This document shows positions 1-7,604 of a stretch of 64,000 nt of DNA, piece by piece (within the stretch, counting starts at the first letter, position 1; every line of letters begins with the position of its first letter). Under the pieces are notes generated by a model. That model worked only from the letters and a program-made list of their open reading frames with translations, had not been told where the DNA came from and made no database searches. This DNA is from a virus. A program made the position numbers and the translations under genes. The stretch is taken from positions 32,001-96,000 of IMG/VR virus record IMGVR_UViG_3300037804_000367, one strand, 5' to 3'.

Positions 1-28
1 AGCTGCTCTGCCACTGAGCTACATAGGC
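1..28 (-). tRNA. tRNA, 5' part only (truncated by window edge; anticodon not visible)
   Basis: Minus strand reads GCCTATG-TA-GCTC-AGTGGCA-GAGC-AGCT: acceptor 5' strand plus canonical D arm. Confidence 0.75.
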
Positions 29-37
29 ATTGTAAAG

Positions 38-113
38 TGGAGCCGCCTGACAGAATCGAACTGACATTCCTGCATTACAAAAGCAGTTTCTTAAGCCATT
101 AGAAGAAGGCGGC
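38..113 (-). tRNA. tRNA-Thr(UGU)
   Basis: Cloverleaf; anticodon arm CTGCT-TTTGTAA-TGCAG; T loop TTCGATT; encoded CCA. Confidence 0.88.
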
Positions 114-123
114 ATTTAAAACT

Positions 124-199
124 TGGTGGAGAATACCGGCCTCGAACCGGTGTCGGGTGGGTGCAAGCCACCTGTTTTATCCATCTAAACTAATTCCCC
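124..199 (-). tRNA. tRNA-Ala(UGC)
   Basis: GGTGG-CTTGCAC-CCACC anticodon arm; G3:U70; encoded CCA. Confidence 0.95.
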
Positions 200-219
200 A
201 AAAATCTTTACTATAGTGA

Positions 220-738
220 CTACCCTAACGACAGCCCTCTTGCACTTCTACCATTACCTTTATTTCGTCCGCCAAATGTTTCAGTCTGACTATGACAATT
301 AGGACAAATTAATCTCAAGTTAGTTGGAAAGTTATTTCCTGCGTTCCCGTCGATGTGGTCTACTTGTAGTGTTAAAGGCTTGTTATTATATTCACTTATA
401 TTACATAGTGCACATTTATATCCTTGATCATGAGTTAAGCAACGTCTCAGGGTATTTCTAGTTTCTATCAATCCGTCTCTAAATCTACAAAGGGTAGTGT
501 TCTCAAATTTATAGTTTGCTTGGCAAATATTATTACAGTATATTTTTTTACTATGTTTTATATCTGCTTTACAATACTTACAATTTGATAATCTACCTTT
601 ATATGATCGTAATGTATTTGTAACCGTTGCTCTACATGATTTACTACAGAACTTGTTTGTTCTTTGTTTAAATGTTAACATGCTGTTACAGCACTGACAA
701 TATTTTGGATGTTCACTATATATTTGTTTTGTTATCAT
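220..738 (-). CDS. HNH (homing-type) endonuclease with N-terminal Cys-rich zinc-binding repeats
   Basis: DHIDGN...NLRLICPNCHSQT HNH motif; CxxC repeats; AGGAG RBS; inserted between tRNAs. Confidence 0.9.
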   Translation of the reverse strand: MITKQIYSEHPKYCQCCNSMLTFKQRTNKFCSKSCRATVTNTLRSYKGRLSNCKYCKADIKHSKKIYCNNICQANYKFENTTLCRFRDGLIETRNTLRRCLTHDQGYKCALCNISEYNNKPLTLQVDHIDGNAGNNFPTNLRLICPNCHSQTETFGGRNKGNGRSARGLSLG

Positions 739-756
739 TTCACATCTCCTTTCTAT

Positions 757-764
757 TATTTATA
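757..764 (-). promoter_or_regulatory. T4-type late promoter box TATAAATA
   Basis: Exact TATAAATA just upstream of the RBS of the HNH gene. Confidence 0.55.
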
Positions 765-803
765 ATATACAGGAGTCGAACTCACTAGCACAAGTTAAAA
801 AAG

Positions 804-877
804 TGCAACGTACCGGTCTCGAACCGATCTTATTTCTCGTTGGCAACGAGATGCCATACCAACTAGGCGAACGATGC
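804..877 (-). tRNA. tRNA-Gly(GCC)
   Basis: TCTCG-TTGCCAA-CGAGA anticodon arm; T loop TTCGAGA. Confidence 0.92.
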
Positions 878-935
878 ATGTAAAATTTACTTCTATCTTC
901 TATCACATGTTATAAAACAGATCAATGTTAAAATA

Positions 936-1009
936 TGGCTACCCCGACTGGTTACGATCCAATCCTAACTCTTTCAAAGAGAGCTGTGCTACCAATACAC
1001 TACAGGGCA
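936..1009 (-). tRNA. tRNA-Gln(UUG) with atypical T loop (ATCGTAA)
   Basis: GCTCT-CTTTGAA-AGAGT anticodon arm; CCA encoded; A54/U58 T loop. Confidence 0.85.
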
Positions 1010-1020
1010 GTCTAAAAAGT

Positions 1021-1096
1021 TGGCGGTATAGACGAGAGACGATCTCGCAACCTTCCGATAGACAATCGGATGCTCTGCCAATTGAGCTACTATACC
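1021..1096 (-). tRNA. tRNA-Asp(GUC) with atypical T loop (ATCGTCT)
   Basis: TCCGA-TTGTCTA-TCGGA anticodon arm; G73; CCA encoded. Confidence 0.85.
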
Positions 1097-1103
1097 AATT
1101 AAG

Positions 1104-1185
1104 TGCCGCCTCTGGGTAACGATCCCAGCGAGCATAATGCGCAGGTTTTACAGACCTGATCCCCTCCTTAGAGATATACAACGGC
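1104..1185 (-). tRNA. tRNA-Tyr(GUA), long variable arm, atypical T loop (ATCGTTA)
   Basis: CAGGT-CTGTAAA-ACCTG anticodon arm; class II variable arm; A73. Confidence 0.85.
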
Positions 1186-1194
1186 TTAAAATAA

Positions 1195-1267
1195 CGGTTC
1201 ATACGAGATTTGAACTCGTGTTCCGCCCGTGACAGGGGCGTGTCCTAACCAACTAGACGAATGAACC
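1195..1267 (-). tRNA. tRNA-Asp(GUC), canonical second copy
   Basis: CGCCC-CTGTCAC-GGGCG; T loop TTCAAAT; G73. Confidence 0.95.
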
Positions 1268-1276
1268 TTAAAAGTT

Positions 1277-1894
1277 TTATTTTTTTCTTGTTTTATAAGT
1301 GCTGGTTTGAGAATGACAATTAGGACATAACATTCTCAAATTAGAAATTTCATTATTCCTATGATCACCGTTAATATGATCAACATCCAAAGTAATATCA
1401 TTTCCTAACCAGTTTGTCAAATGACAGCTAGAGCAAATATTCATATCTAATATTTTGAATTTCTTTACTGCTCTGCTAATACTACTCCTATCATACTCAC
1501 TATTTTTACAAAAAATCAATTCTCTTGTCCATTCCTTTTTCCCTCTCCTATATGATTTTTTTAAATCAAAATGTTCTAAACTTAGATTATGTTCTTTGAT
1601 CTTCAATTTCACATTTTTTATATTATTATTATGATAAGTTAAATTTAATTGTTTTAATACATCAGCCATACAAATTGAATTAGCAATAGCTGATTTTAAG
1701 TCATTAATGCTATATCTCATACTTCTACGACAAAGCAAAATTCCATTTTGCGTTAGCCTTTCTGAAAGGATTTCTCGCACTCCAGTGTCTTGACTTTCTA
1801 TAACCTTTAAAATATTTGAGATTGATTTGTGTTTATAATACAAATCACAAAGTTCAACATCTGTCATTTTTCGTACAATTTCTCTTTTCGTCAT
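1277..1894 (-). CDS. HNH (homing-type) endonuclease
   Basis: DVDHINGDHRNNEISNLRMLCPNCHSQT; start taken as MTKRE because the ATG at 1924 abuts the late box. Confidence 0.9.
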   Translation of the reverse strand: MTKREIVRKMTDVELCDLYYKHKSISNILKVIESQDTGVREILSERLTQNGILLCRRSMRYSINDLKSAIANSICMADVLKQLNLTYHNNNIKNVKLKIKEHNLSLEHFDLKKSYRRGKKEWTRELIFCKNSEYDRSSISRAVKKFKILDMNICSSCHLTNWLGNDITLDVDHINGDHRNNEISNLRMLCPNCHSQTSTYKTRKK

Positions 1895-1924
1895 AATGGC
1901 ACCTCTTATTGTTACACCTGTCAT

Positions 1925-1932
1925 TATTTATA
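1925..1932 (-). promoter_or_regulatory. T4-type late promoter box TATAAATA
   Basis: Exact box about 30 nt upstream of the HNH start. Confidence 0.55.
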
Positions 1933-2010
1933 ACAACTATAGCACTAACTGTGCCCTAACAACTACATAAAATAAAGAGGAAATCAACAGACTTTCTTAC
2001 TGAATTTTAA

Positions 2011-2175
2011 TGGGAAGTGTAGGAATCGAACCTACGAATGTTTACAAAAGCTCATCAGCCTCATTCAACTTGATCGGCGCTAACCCTAATCAAGCGGTAA
2101 ACTCTAAGTCACTTAGCCTCCATGACCTATTTGTGTGCCCGATGACGCTAATCATCATCATCTCATCTACTTCCC
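2011..2175 (-). ncRNA. tRNA-like RNA (acceptor + T arm) with expanded multi-hairpin core, 165 nt
   Basis: GGGAAGT/ACTTCCC-A acceptor; GTAGG-TTCGATT-CCTAC T arm; interior hairpins and no canonical anticodon arm. Confidence 0.65.
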
Positions 2176-2193
2176 AGTAAATTGTTTGTAAAG

Positions 2194-2267
2194 TACTACA
2201 GGAGAGATTTGAACTCTCAGTCACCTGTTTATCAGACAGGCGGCTTAACCAATTTGCCTACCGTAGT
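2194..2267 (-). tRNA. tRNA-Ile(GAU)
   Basis: CCTGT-CTGATAA-ACAGG; T loop TTCAAAT. Confidence 0.93.
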
Positions 2268-2276
2268 AAAAGTGAG

Positions 2277-2409
2277 TGGGGTCGGTAGGAATCGAACCTA
2301 CTTACAACTTTATCCAAGCATTAAGTAATAGCTTATTACTTTCACTATTTAGCCTAGTGATTAATTTTAAGGATATCTAAACAAGTTGCTCTTCCACTAA
2401 GCAACCCCA
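2277..2409 (-). ncRNA. tRNA-like RNA with a 65-nt structured insert in the anticodon arm
   Basis: TGGGGTTG/CGACCCCA acceptor; D-like arm; AACTT/AAGTT stem enclosing GTTTAGA plus a TATCC...GGATA insert; canonical T arm. Confidence 0.65.
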
Positions 2410-2427
2410 TGTAAATTTTTAATAAAT

Positions 2428-2504
2428 TGGTGCGACATGAGAGACTCGAACTCTCAACATCCACATTGGAAGTGTGGCACTCTAGCCAATTGAGTTAATG
2501 TCGC
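2428..2504 (-). tRNA. tRNA-Gly(UCC)
   Basis: CCACA-CTTCCAA-TGTGG; encoded CCA. Confidence 0.95.
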
Positions 2505-2588
2505 ATTTAAAAGTACCGCCGTGATATTGATCTATGGTGTCGACCCCTTCGATCTTCAAACCCTTAGAGTGAGCTTATATTACTCAAG

Positions 2589-2660
2589 TGGAGGACACGG
2601 GACTCGAACCCACAATGCCGGCAGTTTGCCGGTGAAGTTAACCAATTACTTCCAATCCCC
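2589..2660 (-). ncRNA. tRNA-like RNA with Ala identity (G3:U70, A73) but a non-canonical 5-nt anticodon loop
   Basis: GGGGGAT/GTCCTCC-A; CCGGC-AAACT-GCCGG; T loop TTCGAGT. Confidence 0.65.
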
Positions 2661-2749
2661 CGAGCAACATTATTCACACCGTTCGGGTTTGTTTTTATAT
2701 CACGACTTGGCATCCCCATCCTCCCTTTCGGGACTCCGCTTCTGCCTGA

Positions 2750-2821
2750 CTGATCTAGCTGGACTCGAACCAACATTTTACAAATTAACAGTTTGCTGCA
2801 TTACCATTATGCTATAGACCA
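2750..2821 (-). tRNA. tRNA-Asn(GUU)
   Basis: GCAAA-CTGTTAA-TTTGT; G73; T loop TTCGAGT. Confidence 0.92.
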
Positions 2822-2830
2822 AGGTAAAAA

Positions 2831-2973
2831 ACATTTACTTAACATTTAAATCTTTATCATTCGGCGTAGTTAGTTTAAAAACTACCTTTAGGATGTTCCC
2901 CGTCTGAAAATGTTTGGTGGATTCGCAGAGTTGATGATAAATATCCTTGTCGGTTCCGTTGTTAAGTAAATGT
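2831..2973. ncRNA. Candidate structured RNA closed by a perfect 14-bp inverted repeat
   Basis: acatttacttaaca (2831-2844) / tgttaagtaaatgt (2960-2973); inner tttatcat/atgataaa stem. Confidence 0.45.
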
Positions 2974-3041
2974 AAAGATGTATTTAATTTAGGGTACTGC
3001 TGTAACCATTACGCTACATTACGGTTCTAACTTAGATACAA

Positions 3042-3112
3042 TGGCGGGTGCCGGACTCGAACCGACGTGCGAGGCTTATGAGACCCCTGAGTGACCACTA
3101 CTCTAACCCGCT
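3042..3112 (-). tRNA. tRNA-Met(CAU), initiator-like
   Basis: CTCATAA loop; mismatch at 1:72; G-rich 5' anticodon stem. Confidence 0.85.
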
Positions 3113-3335
3113 ACAAAAAGTAAGCCTCTATATTTTTGTTATCTCGGAGGTTGACACTTACCCGTCCTCCGACTACTCATAATTTTTAAAATGGTGGATC
3201 GCTTATTTTTCATGATCGTCCACACCGTAACACTTTATAAACAAACTAGTATTTATTATAAAGCTTATACCTGCTTCACGAACCGCCTGACCATTATCCG
3301 AATTGTTTTAGTTTCGGCAACTACAGTTGTTAAAA

Positions 3336-3459
3336 AGCCCACCACTGGAATCGAACCAGTTCCTAGAGTCGGGTTTGTTCCTTTGCGAAGCGCTTCACTC
3401 GGGACCTCCATCTAATATAACCTCAGCAAGTGAGTGCTCTACCAATGAGCTAAATGAGC
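3336..3459 (-). ncRNA. tRNA-like RNA/pseudo-tRNA with expanded anticodon region (124 nt)
   Basis: Canonical D arm GCTC-ATTGGTA-GAGC and T arm ACTGG-TTCGATT-CCAGT flank a roughly 70-nt insert. Confidence 0.55.
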
Positions 3460-3474
3460 ATGTTGTTTGTAAAA

Positions 3475-3535
3475 TGGCGCTGGAACTAGGAGTGCATGCC
3501 TAGATTTACCATCCCTATCCTAAGGGACGTCCAAC
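3475..3535 (-). ncRNA. D-armless mini tRNA-like RNA ending in CCA (61 nt)
   Basis: GTTGGAC/TTCCAGC-G-CCA with two 5-bp hairpins (GTCCC/GGGAT, CTAGG/CCTAG). Confidence 0.4.
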
Positions 3536-3541
3536 ATTTAG

Positions 3542-3615
3542 TATTCCAGACGGGGCTCGAACCCGCAATCTTCTGCGTGAAAGGCAGACGAGATGACCAA
3601 TTACTCCACTGGAAC
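3542..3615 (-). tRNA. tRNA-Glu(UUC)
   Basis: TCTGC-CTTTCAC-GCAGA; T loop TTCGAGC. Confidence 0.93.
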
Positions 3616-3792
3616 AAATATTAAGATCAACAAAGTTTACCAAGCTTATACTACGCCAAGTCTTTAATCGATCTTAAAGATTTGCTTTAAGGACTGGTTA
3701 TCCTTAAAGACTTTTATCTTTACATTTTTTAATTCAATTTTCAAAGATCTTTCGGATTGGGCCCTAACGCCTGATCCTTTCTTACCTACTTT

Positions 3793-3820
3793 ACTATACT
3801 CTCTATTGTGAGATAGTCAA
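3793..3820 (-). promoter_or_regulatory. sigma70-like promoter for the tRNA operon (TTGACT-N16-TATAGT)
   Basis: Matches the 19-copy consensus; directly upstream of the tRNA cluster. Confidence 0.8.
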
Positions 3821-3911
3821 GCTGTTTTTAAAACTTTCTTAGAGTTTTTTTAGAACTCTCTGACTTTCATTTGATGTTCCTCAGTTAGTATTATTTGTTT
3901 CTTACTTCTTT

Positions 3912-3939
3912 ACTATACTCCGGAACAAAAAAAAGTCAA
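3912..3939 (-). promoter_or_regulatory. Second tandem promoter for the tRNA operon (TTGACT-N16-TATAGT)
   Basis: Matches consensus. Confidence 0.75.
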
Positions 3940-3990
3940 GCTCTCTTTGAAGAAAACTTGACTTTAAAATTTGATTTTGGATTTTGGATT

Positions 3991-4132
3991 TAATCTACAA
4001 TTTTATATCAAGTCTCCTAGAGGTTTTTGCACGGGTTCATTAAAACTCGCATTCATGCCTCGATCAATCGTGCACACAGGTGCTGCAATTGTCCCCTGAA
4101 GGGCAATCGATCTATAGCTTGTATGTAGATTA
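3991..4132. ncRNA. Candidate structured RNA (about 142 nt) closed by a 9-bp inverted repeat
   Basis: taatctaca/tgtagatta ends; inner tgcacg/cgtgca and ttgtccc/gggcaa stems; GC-richer than its flanks. Confidence 0.4.
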
Positions 4133-4237
4133 GTAAACATGTGAAATTGTAAATCCTTTTAAATTGTTTGTGTCTTTCTTTTATTTATGTTATATACTCT
4201 GATAACTTAAAGCACTTTATACTAACTTTCTTATTTA

Positions 4238-5623
4238 TTACGAAGATTTCTTTTTGAAGTACGAAGATGTTTTTGTATCCCGTTCTAATCCAACAAACTG
4301 CAATACTATATTTAATGCATCTTGAATTGATTGATTCTTATTCTTCGTGATAGCCTTTCCAATATCTTTAACAGATCCTTTTTGATCACAAAAGCCGATA
4401 ACGAGTTTATCTTTATCTTTAATTTGTGCAATTGCTTCTTTGCATCCTCTTAGTCTTGCTATTGATCTATCTGTATCTGGATTATCATTTAACCATTCAA
4501 CAGTAGGTTCTAGTTTTAAAAACTGTTCCTTCTCTCTATTCTTTTGTCTTTTAATATCGCTCTTTGTGTCCATACCGAACATGCCCATCAATTCGTCAAC
4601 GTCATCATCATCATCATCTTCTAATGGGTTTGGAAAATCTTCATCTTCTTTGAACATGTCTTGAATATCTTGCTTCAGTATCTTATCAGCTACTTCATCT
4701 CTTAATGGGTGATCAAGTTCGTTGCGATCTTCTAAGTAGTCAATCTTCAATGCAAGCATTTCAACTACTTTAATAAAATAGTATTCAACTTTAAATAATA
4801 CTGAACGGGCGTCAATGTTATTAACAAGTGCCTCGTCCCAGCCAAGATGTACATGATATCTTTTATGTTTACGATAATATGATTTCTTTAACTTCACAAA
4901 TGCGTTGATTGTATTTGTATGAATCTGTTCACTATAATGCTTCACTATGTCATACGCAATGTCCATCATGTCATCAGCAACTACTGAAAGACTTTGTTTG
5001 ACATCATCTTGGTGTATTCTTGTTTCGGCTTCATCAAGATCTCTCTCAACTGAAAGCATCCGAGCAAGTCTTTTAATGAACATGTTTCTTCTTGATTCAG
5101 ATTCTAACCCATCACGCAATCTATTCTTTAAAAAGGGACTTAATTGTATTAACTCTTTCATCCAATCAGATGATATTATCTGTTGCTGAAGGTATTCGTA
5201 ACTAGCTAGTTTTAATTCTTCAATCATCTCTTCTGGAAAAATATCAATACTCTCATTTGAACTATGTTGGTCAACAGTAGTAGCATCAATCCACCTTGTA
5301 CTGTTATTGTCTACTGAAGAGTAAACGTCAAAGGGAAACCAGGCAACATACTTTGCTTTTAAATGCATGAGCACATCACCATCAGTCTCGGTGTTAATGT
5401 CTCCCTGTGACAATTTCTCAGCTGCAACGGTGATCTTCTCGTTTGATTGATTGGCAAGGAACACAGCGCCTTCGTTGTCTGTTGTATGTCTAAACCAATC
5501 ATGCTTGCCATAATTAGGATACAACAACTTAGCGATCTTAGAATCTAATCGCAACTGTCCACGAAGGGCAAGTGCCCAATCAAACGTACTTCTTTTATTC
5601 TGTTCCGCTAGTTGTTGTTTCAT
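4238..5623 (-). CDS. Large acidic helical hypothetical protein (possible virion/head protein)
   Basis: Start MKQQLAEQ one base after the upstream TAA; poly-Asp tract; no recognisable motif. Confidence 0.7.
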   Translation of the reverse strand: MKQQLAEQNKRSTFDWALALRGQLRLDSKIAKLLYPNYGKHDWFRHTTDNEGAVFLANQSNEKITVAAEKLSQGDINTETDGDVLMHLKAKYVAWFPFDVYSSVDNNSTRWIDATTVDQHSSNESIDIFPEEMIEELKLASYEYLQQQIISSDWMKELIQLSPFLKNRLRDGLESESRRNMFIKRLARMLSVERDLDEAETRIHQDDVKQSLSVVADDMMDIAYDIVKHYSEQIHTNTINAFVKLKKSYYRKHKRYHVHLGWDEALVNNIDARSVLFKVEYYFIKVVEMLALKIDYLEDRNELDHPLRDEVADKILKQDIQDMFKEDEDFPNPLEDDDDDDVDELMGMFGMDTKSDIKRQKNREKEQFLKLEPTVEWLNDNPDTDRSIARLRGCKEAIAQIKDKDKLVIGFCDQKGSVKDIGKAITKNKNQSIQDALNIVLQFVGLERDTKTSSYFKKKSS

Positions 5624-5624
5624 A

Positions 5625-7604
5625 TTAGGAAAGGTCACCAATGTATTGAAGATCTTCAAGTTTTCCACTTTCGATTGCATCAGATACCTTTTCGATATCC
5701 TTAAACCATTTAAGAACTTTTGAAATGATAACCTTCTTCTGCTTACCATCAACCTTTTCAAAGTCTGTGTAGCTTTTAGTGATACCAAGTCTTGATGATA
5801 TATCAAATATCTTTTTCAAAGCTGCTTGTTTTTTATCATCAGCATTACCGGACGTAGCTTTTGCAAGCTTGGCAAAGCTTTCAATGAAACCTAACAATTC
5901 AGAATCGTATTTGAAATCAAAGAATTTCTTTTCGAAAGGGTTTGCTATTAATTCTTTATGATACATGCTCATGAAATATTCAGCTAGTGTATTGAACACT
6001 GGACTAAAAGCTGAAGCATAAGTATCGAGATCAGAAGCTTTCATGTCTTGAGGACCACTATTAGCTCTTGCATCATATCTAGCACTAGCTTTTGAATTCG
6101 GAACTTTTGCTCTGTCTGCACCAAAGTATTTTTGGGTACGTGTTAAGTAAGCTATGGCTCTTGCTCTAGTAAGAGCTTCATCAACTAATTTTACTTCACC
6201 AGTTTCTGGGTCATATCTTTTTACTTTATAATAATCTCCACCATTGCTCCAAATCATTACATGGTCTTGTGTTTTATTGTCAACACCAATAACCAAGCGA
6301 CCACCTTCAGCGGACAAGAAAGATTTTACTTCTGCTTTGTTCTTTAAGTCGGTCCACTCGAGATCGTCCTTAATAACTGAACCACTCTTAGTATCAAATG
6401 ATTTATGAATAGCTGAAACGGTTTTAGAATCTAAACCTAGTGAACTTAATCCTGATGCTTCCGTAACAATTGATTCATCTAAAAGAACTTCTAAGTCTTC
6501 AAATGATACTTCGACTGGTTCTGACCAACCCTTGCCTTCAGGTTTCTTATCAGCTTCTTTGTATTGGCCAGTAAGAGTATTGTAGCAAACATTTGTCATT
6601 CCATTGATACGTCTTGCTGAATCAGATTCAACGACACCACCTGTATCAATTGATTCATCTTTCTCAAGTCTATCTAGTAATGATGTTAGTTGTCTCGGAC
6701 GAAGATCAAACTTATCACATAATTGTTCAAATGATAACTCATGTTTGAGATACTCATCATAAATAGATTGATCTGTTGCTTCGTCTTCTTGTAAGGAAGT
6801 AGATTCAAGTACACTTGCCTTTCCATCAGTGTAGTCCCCTTCAGGTACTTCAATGAGTGTCCATCTACTAGTAGTGTATTTGTTTAATACATCTACAGCA
6901 TTTTTTATATCTTTACCAGCTAATGTTTGGATATGGAATTTGACTTTGATGCCACCGTTTTCAAGTTCGGTGCCTTTGAATTCTGGGAGAGTATTTAATA
7001 TACGGTAATTCAATACACCGTCAAAAGAATGCCCAACACCAGACGTGCGACCATTTTTTACAGTGAACCCTCTACCAGTATTGTACATTGATTTTGTTTC
7101 AGGATTGTAAAAGTATGGTTGACGTCCATCACTTTTCAACATTTGTACTTTCTTACCAGGAGTGCCACCATCTTCTGATTCAAGATCGGATAGTTCAAAC
7201 CATCTGCGATTAGGACCAAAAGTAACTAAGTATCTTCCATCGTCACCCATTCTATTAACACGACCCTTACGACCCTTGCTCTTAATGAAAACCTTATCAC
7301 CTTTATTGAATTGTTCTGTTATTACATCTTCAGCAATTGGTTCATCGACATCGTCCATGTGCTTCTTACCTTCAAGAGCATCAAGGACTCCATCTACAAC
7401 AGTGTCAGCAGTAAAGTTATAAGTTTGTAAAGGTGTTTCACCTGCTACATCTTCTATTTGTAATTTGTACGAACCATCTTCTTTCTCTACTAGGTAAATC
7501 ATTTCGCCGTAGAAGAATGCCATCCACACTGCTTTCTCTCCTCCATAAGCTGTAGAGTTTTCAAACTTTAATTCTGTTAAAACTGTCTGTAGTTCATCAG
7601 TCAT
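5625..7604 (-). CDS. Multi-domain late protein, probable head/internal virion protein with a KOW/SH3-like segment
   Basis: 659 aa; TATAAATA box 40 nt upstream; FNKGDKVFIK...GRV...YLVTF; acidic linkers with (L/V/I)xE(S/A) motifs. Confidence 0.6.
   Translation of the reverse strand: MTDELQTVLTELKFENSTAYGGEKAVWMAFFYGEMIYLVEKEDGSYKLQIEDVAGETPLQTYNFTADTVVDGVLDALEGKKHMDDVDEPIAEDVITEQFNKGDKVFIKSKGRKGRVNRMGDDGRYLVTFGPNRRWFELSDLESEDGGTPGKKVQMLKSDGRQPYFYNPETKSMYNTGRGFTVKNGRTSGVGHSFDGVLNYRILNTLPEFKGTELENGGIKVKFHIQTLAGKDIKNAVDVLNKYTTSRWTLIEVPEGDYTDGKASVLESTSLQEDEATDQSIYDEYLKHELSFEQLCDKFDLRPRQLTSLLDRLEKDESIDTGGVVESDSARRINGMTNVCYNTLTGQYKEADKKPEGKGWSEPVEVSFEDLEVLLDESIVTEASGLSSLGLDSKTVSAIHKSFDTKSGSVIKDDLEWTDLKNKAEVKSFLSAEGGRLVIGVDNKTQDHVMIWSNGGDYYKVKRYDPETGEVKLVDEALTRARAIAYLTRTQKYFGADRAKVPNSKASARYDARANSGPQDMKASDLDTYASAFSPVFNTLAEYFMSMYHKELIANPFEKKFFDFKYDSELLGFIESFAKLAKATSGNADDKKQAALKKIFDISSRLGITKSYTDFEKVDGKQKKVIISKVLKWFKDIEKVSDAIESGKLEDLQYIGDLS

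Noticed and set aside
2011-2750. tmRNA or group I intron
   Set aside because: No ~350-nt unit with a tag reading frame; the inserts (65-140 nt) are too short and lack recognisable P7/catalytic-core sequences.
925-3415. ORF-track ORFs inside the tRNA cluster (925, 939, 2521, 2564, 3191)
   Set aside because: They overlap tRNA or tRNA-like genes, lack an RBS and have no protein-like motifs.
5625-5806. Programmed frameshift fusing the 659-aa and 461-aa genes
   Set aside because: The 60-codon overlap comes from the track's longest-ORF start. A natural ATG lies one base after the upstream TAA and no slippery site was evident.
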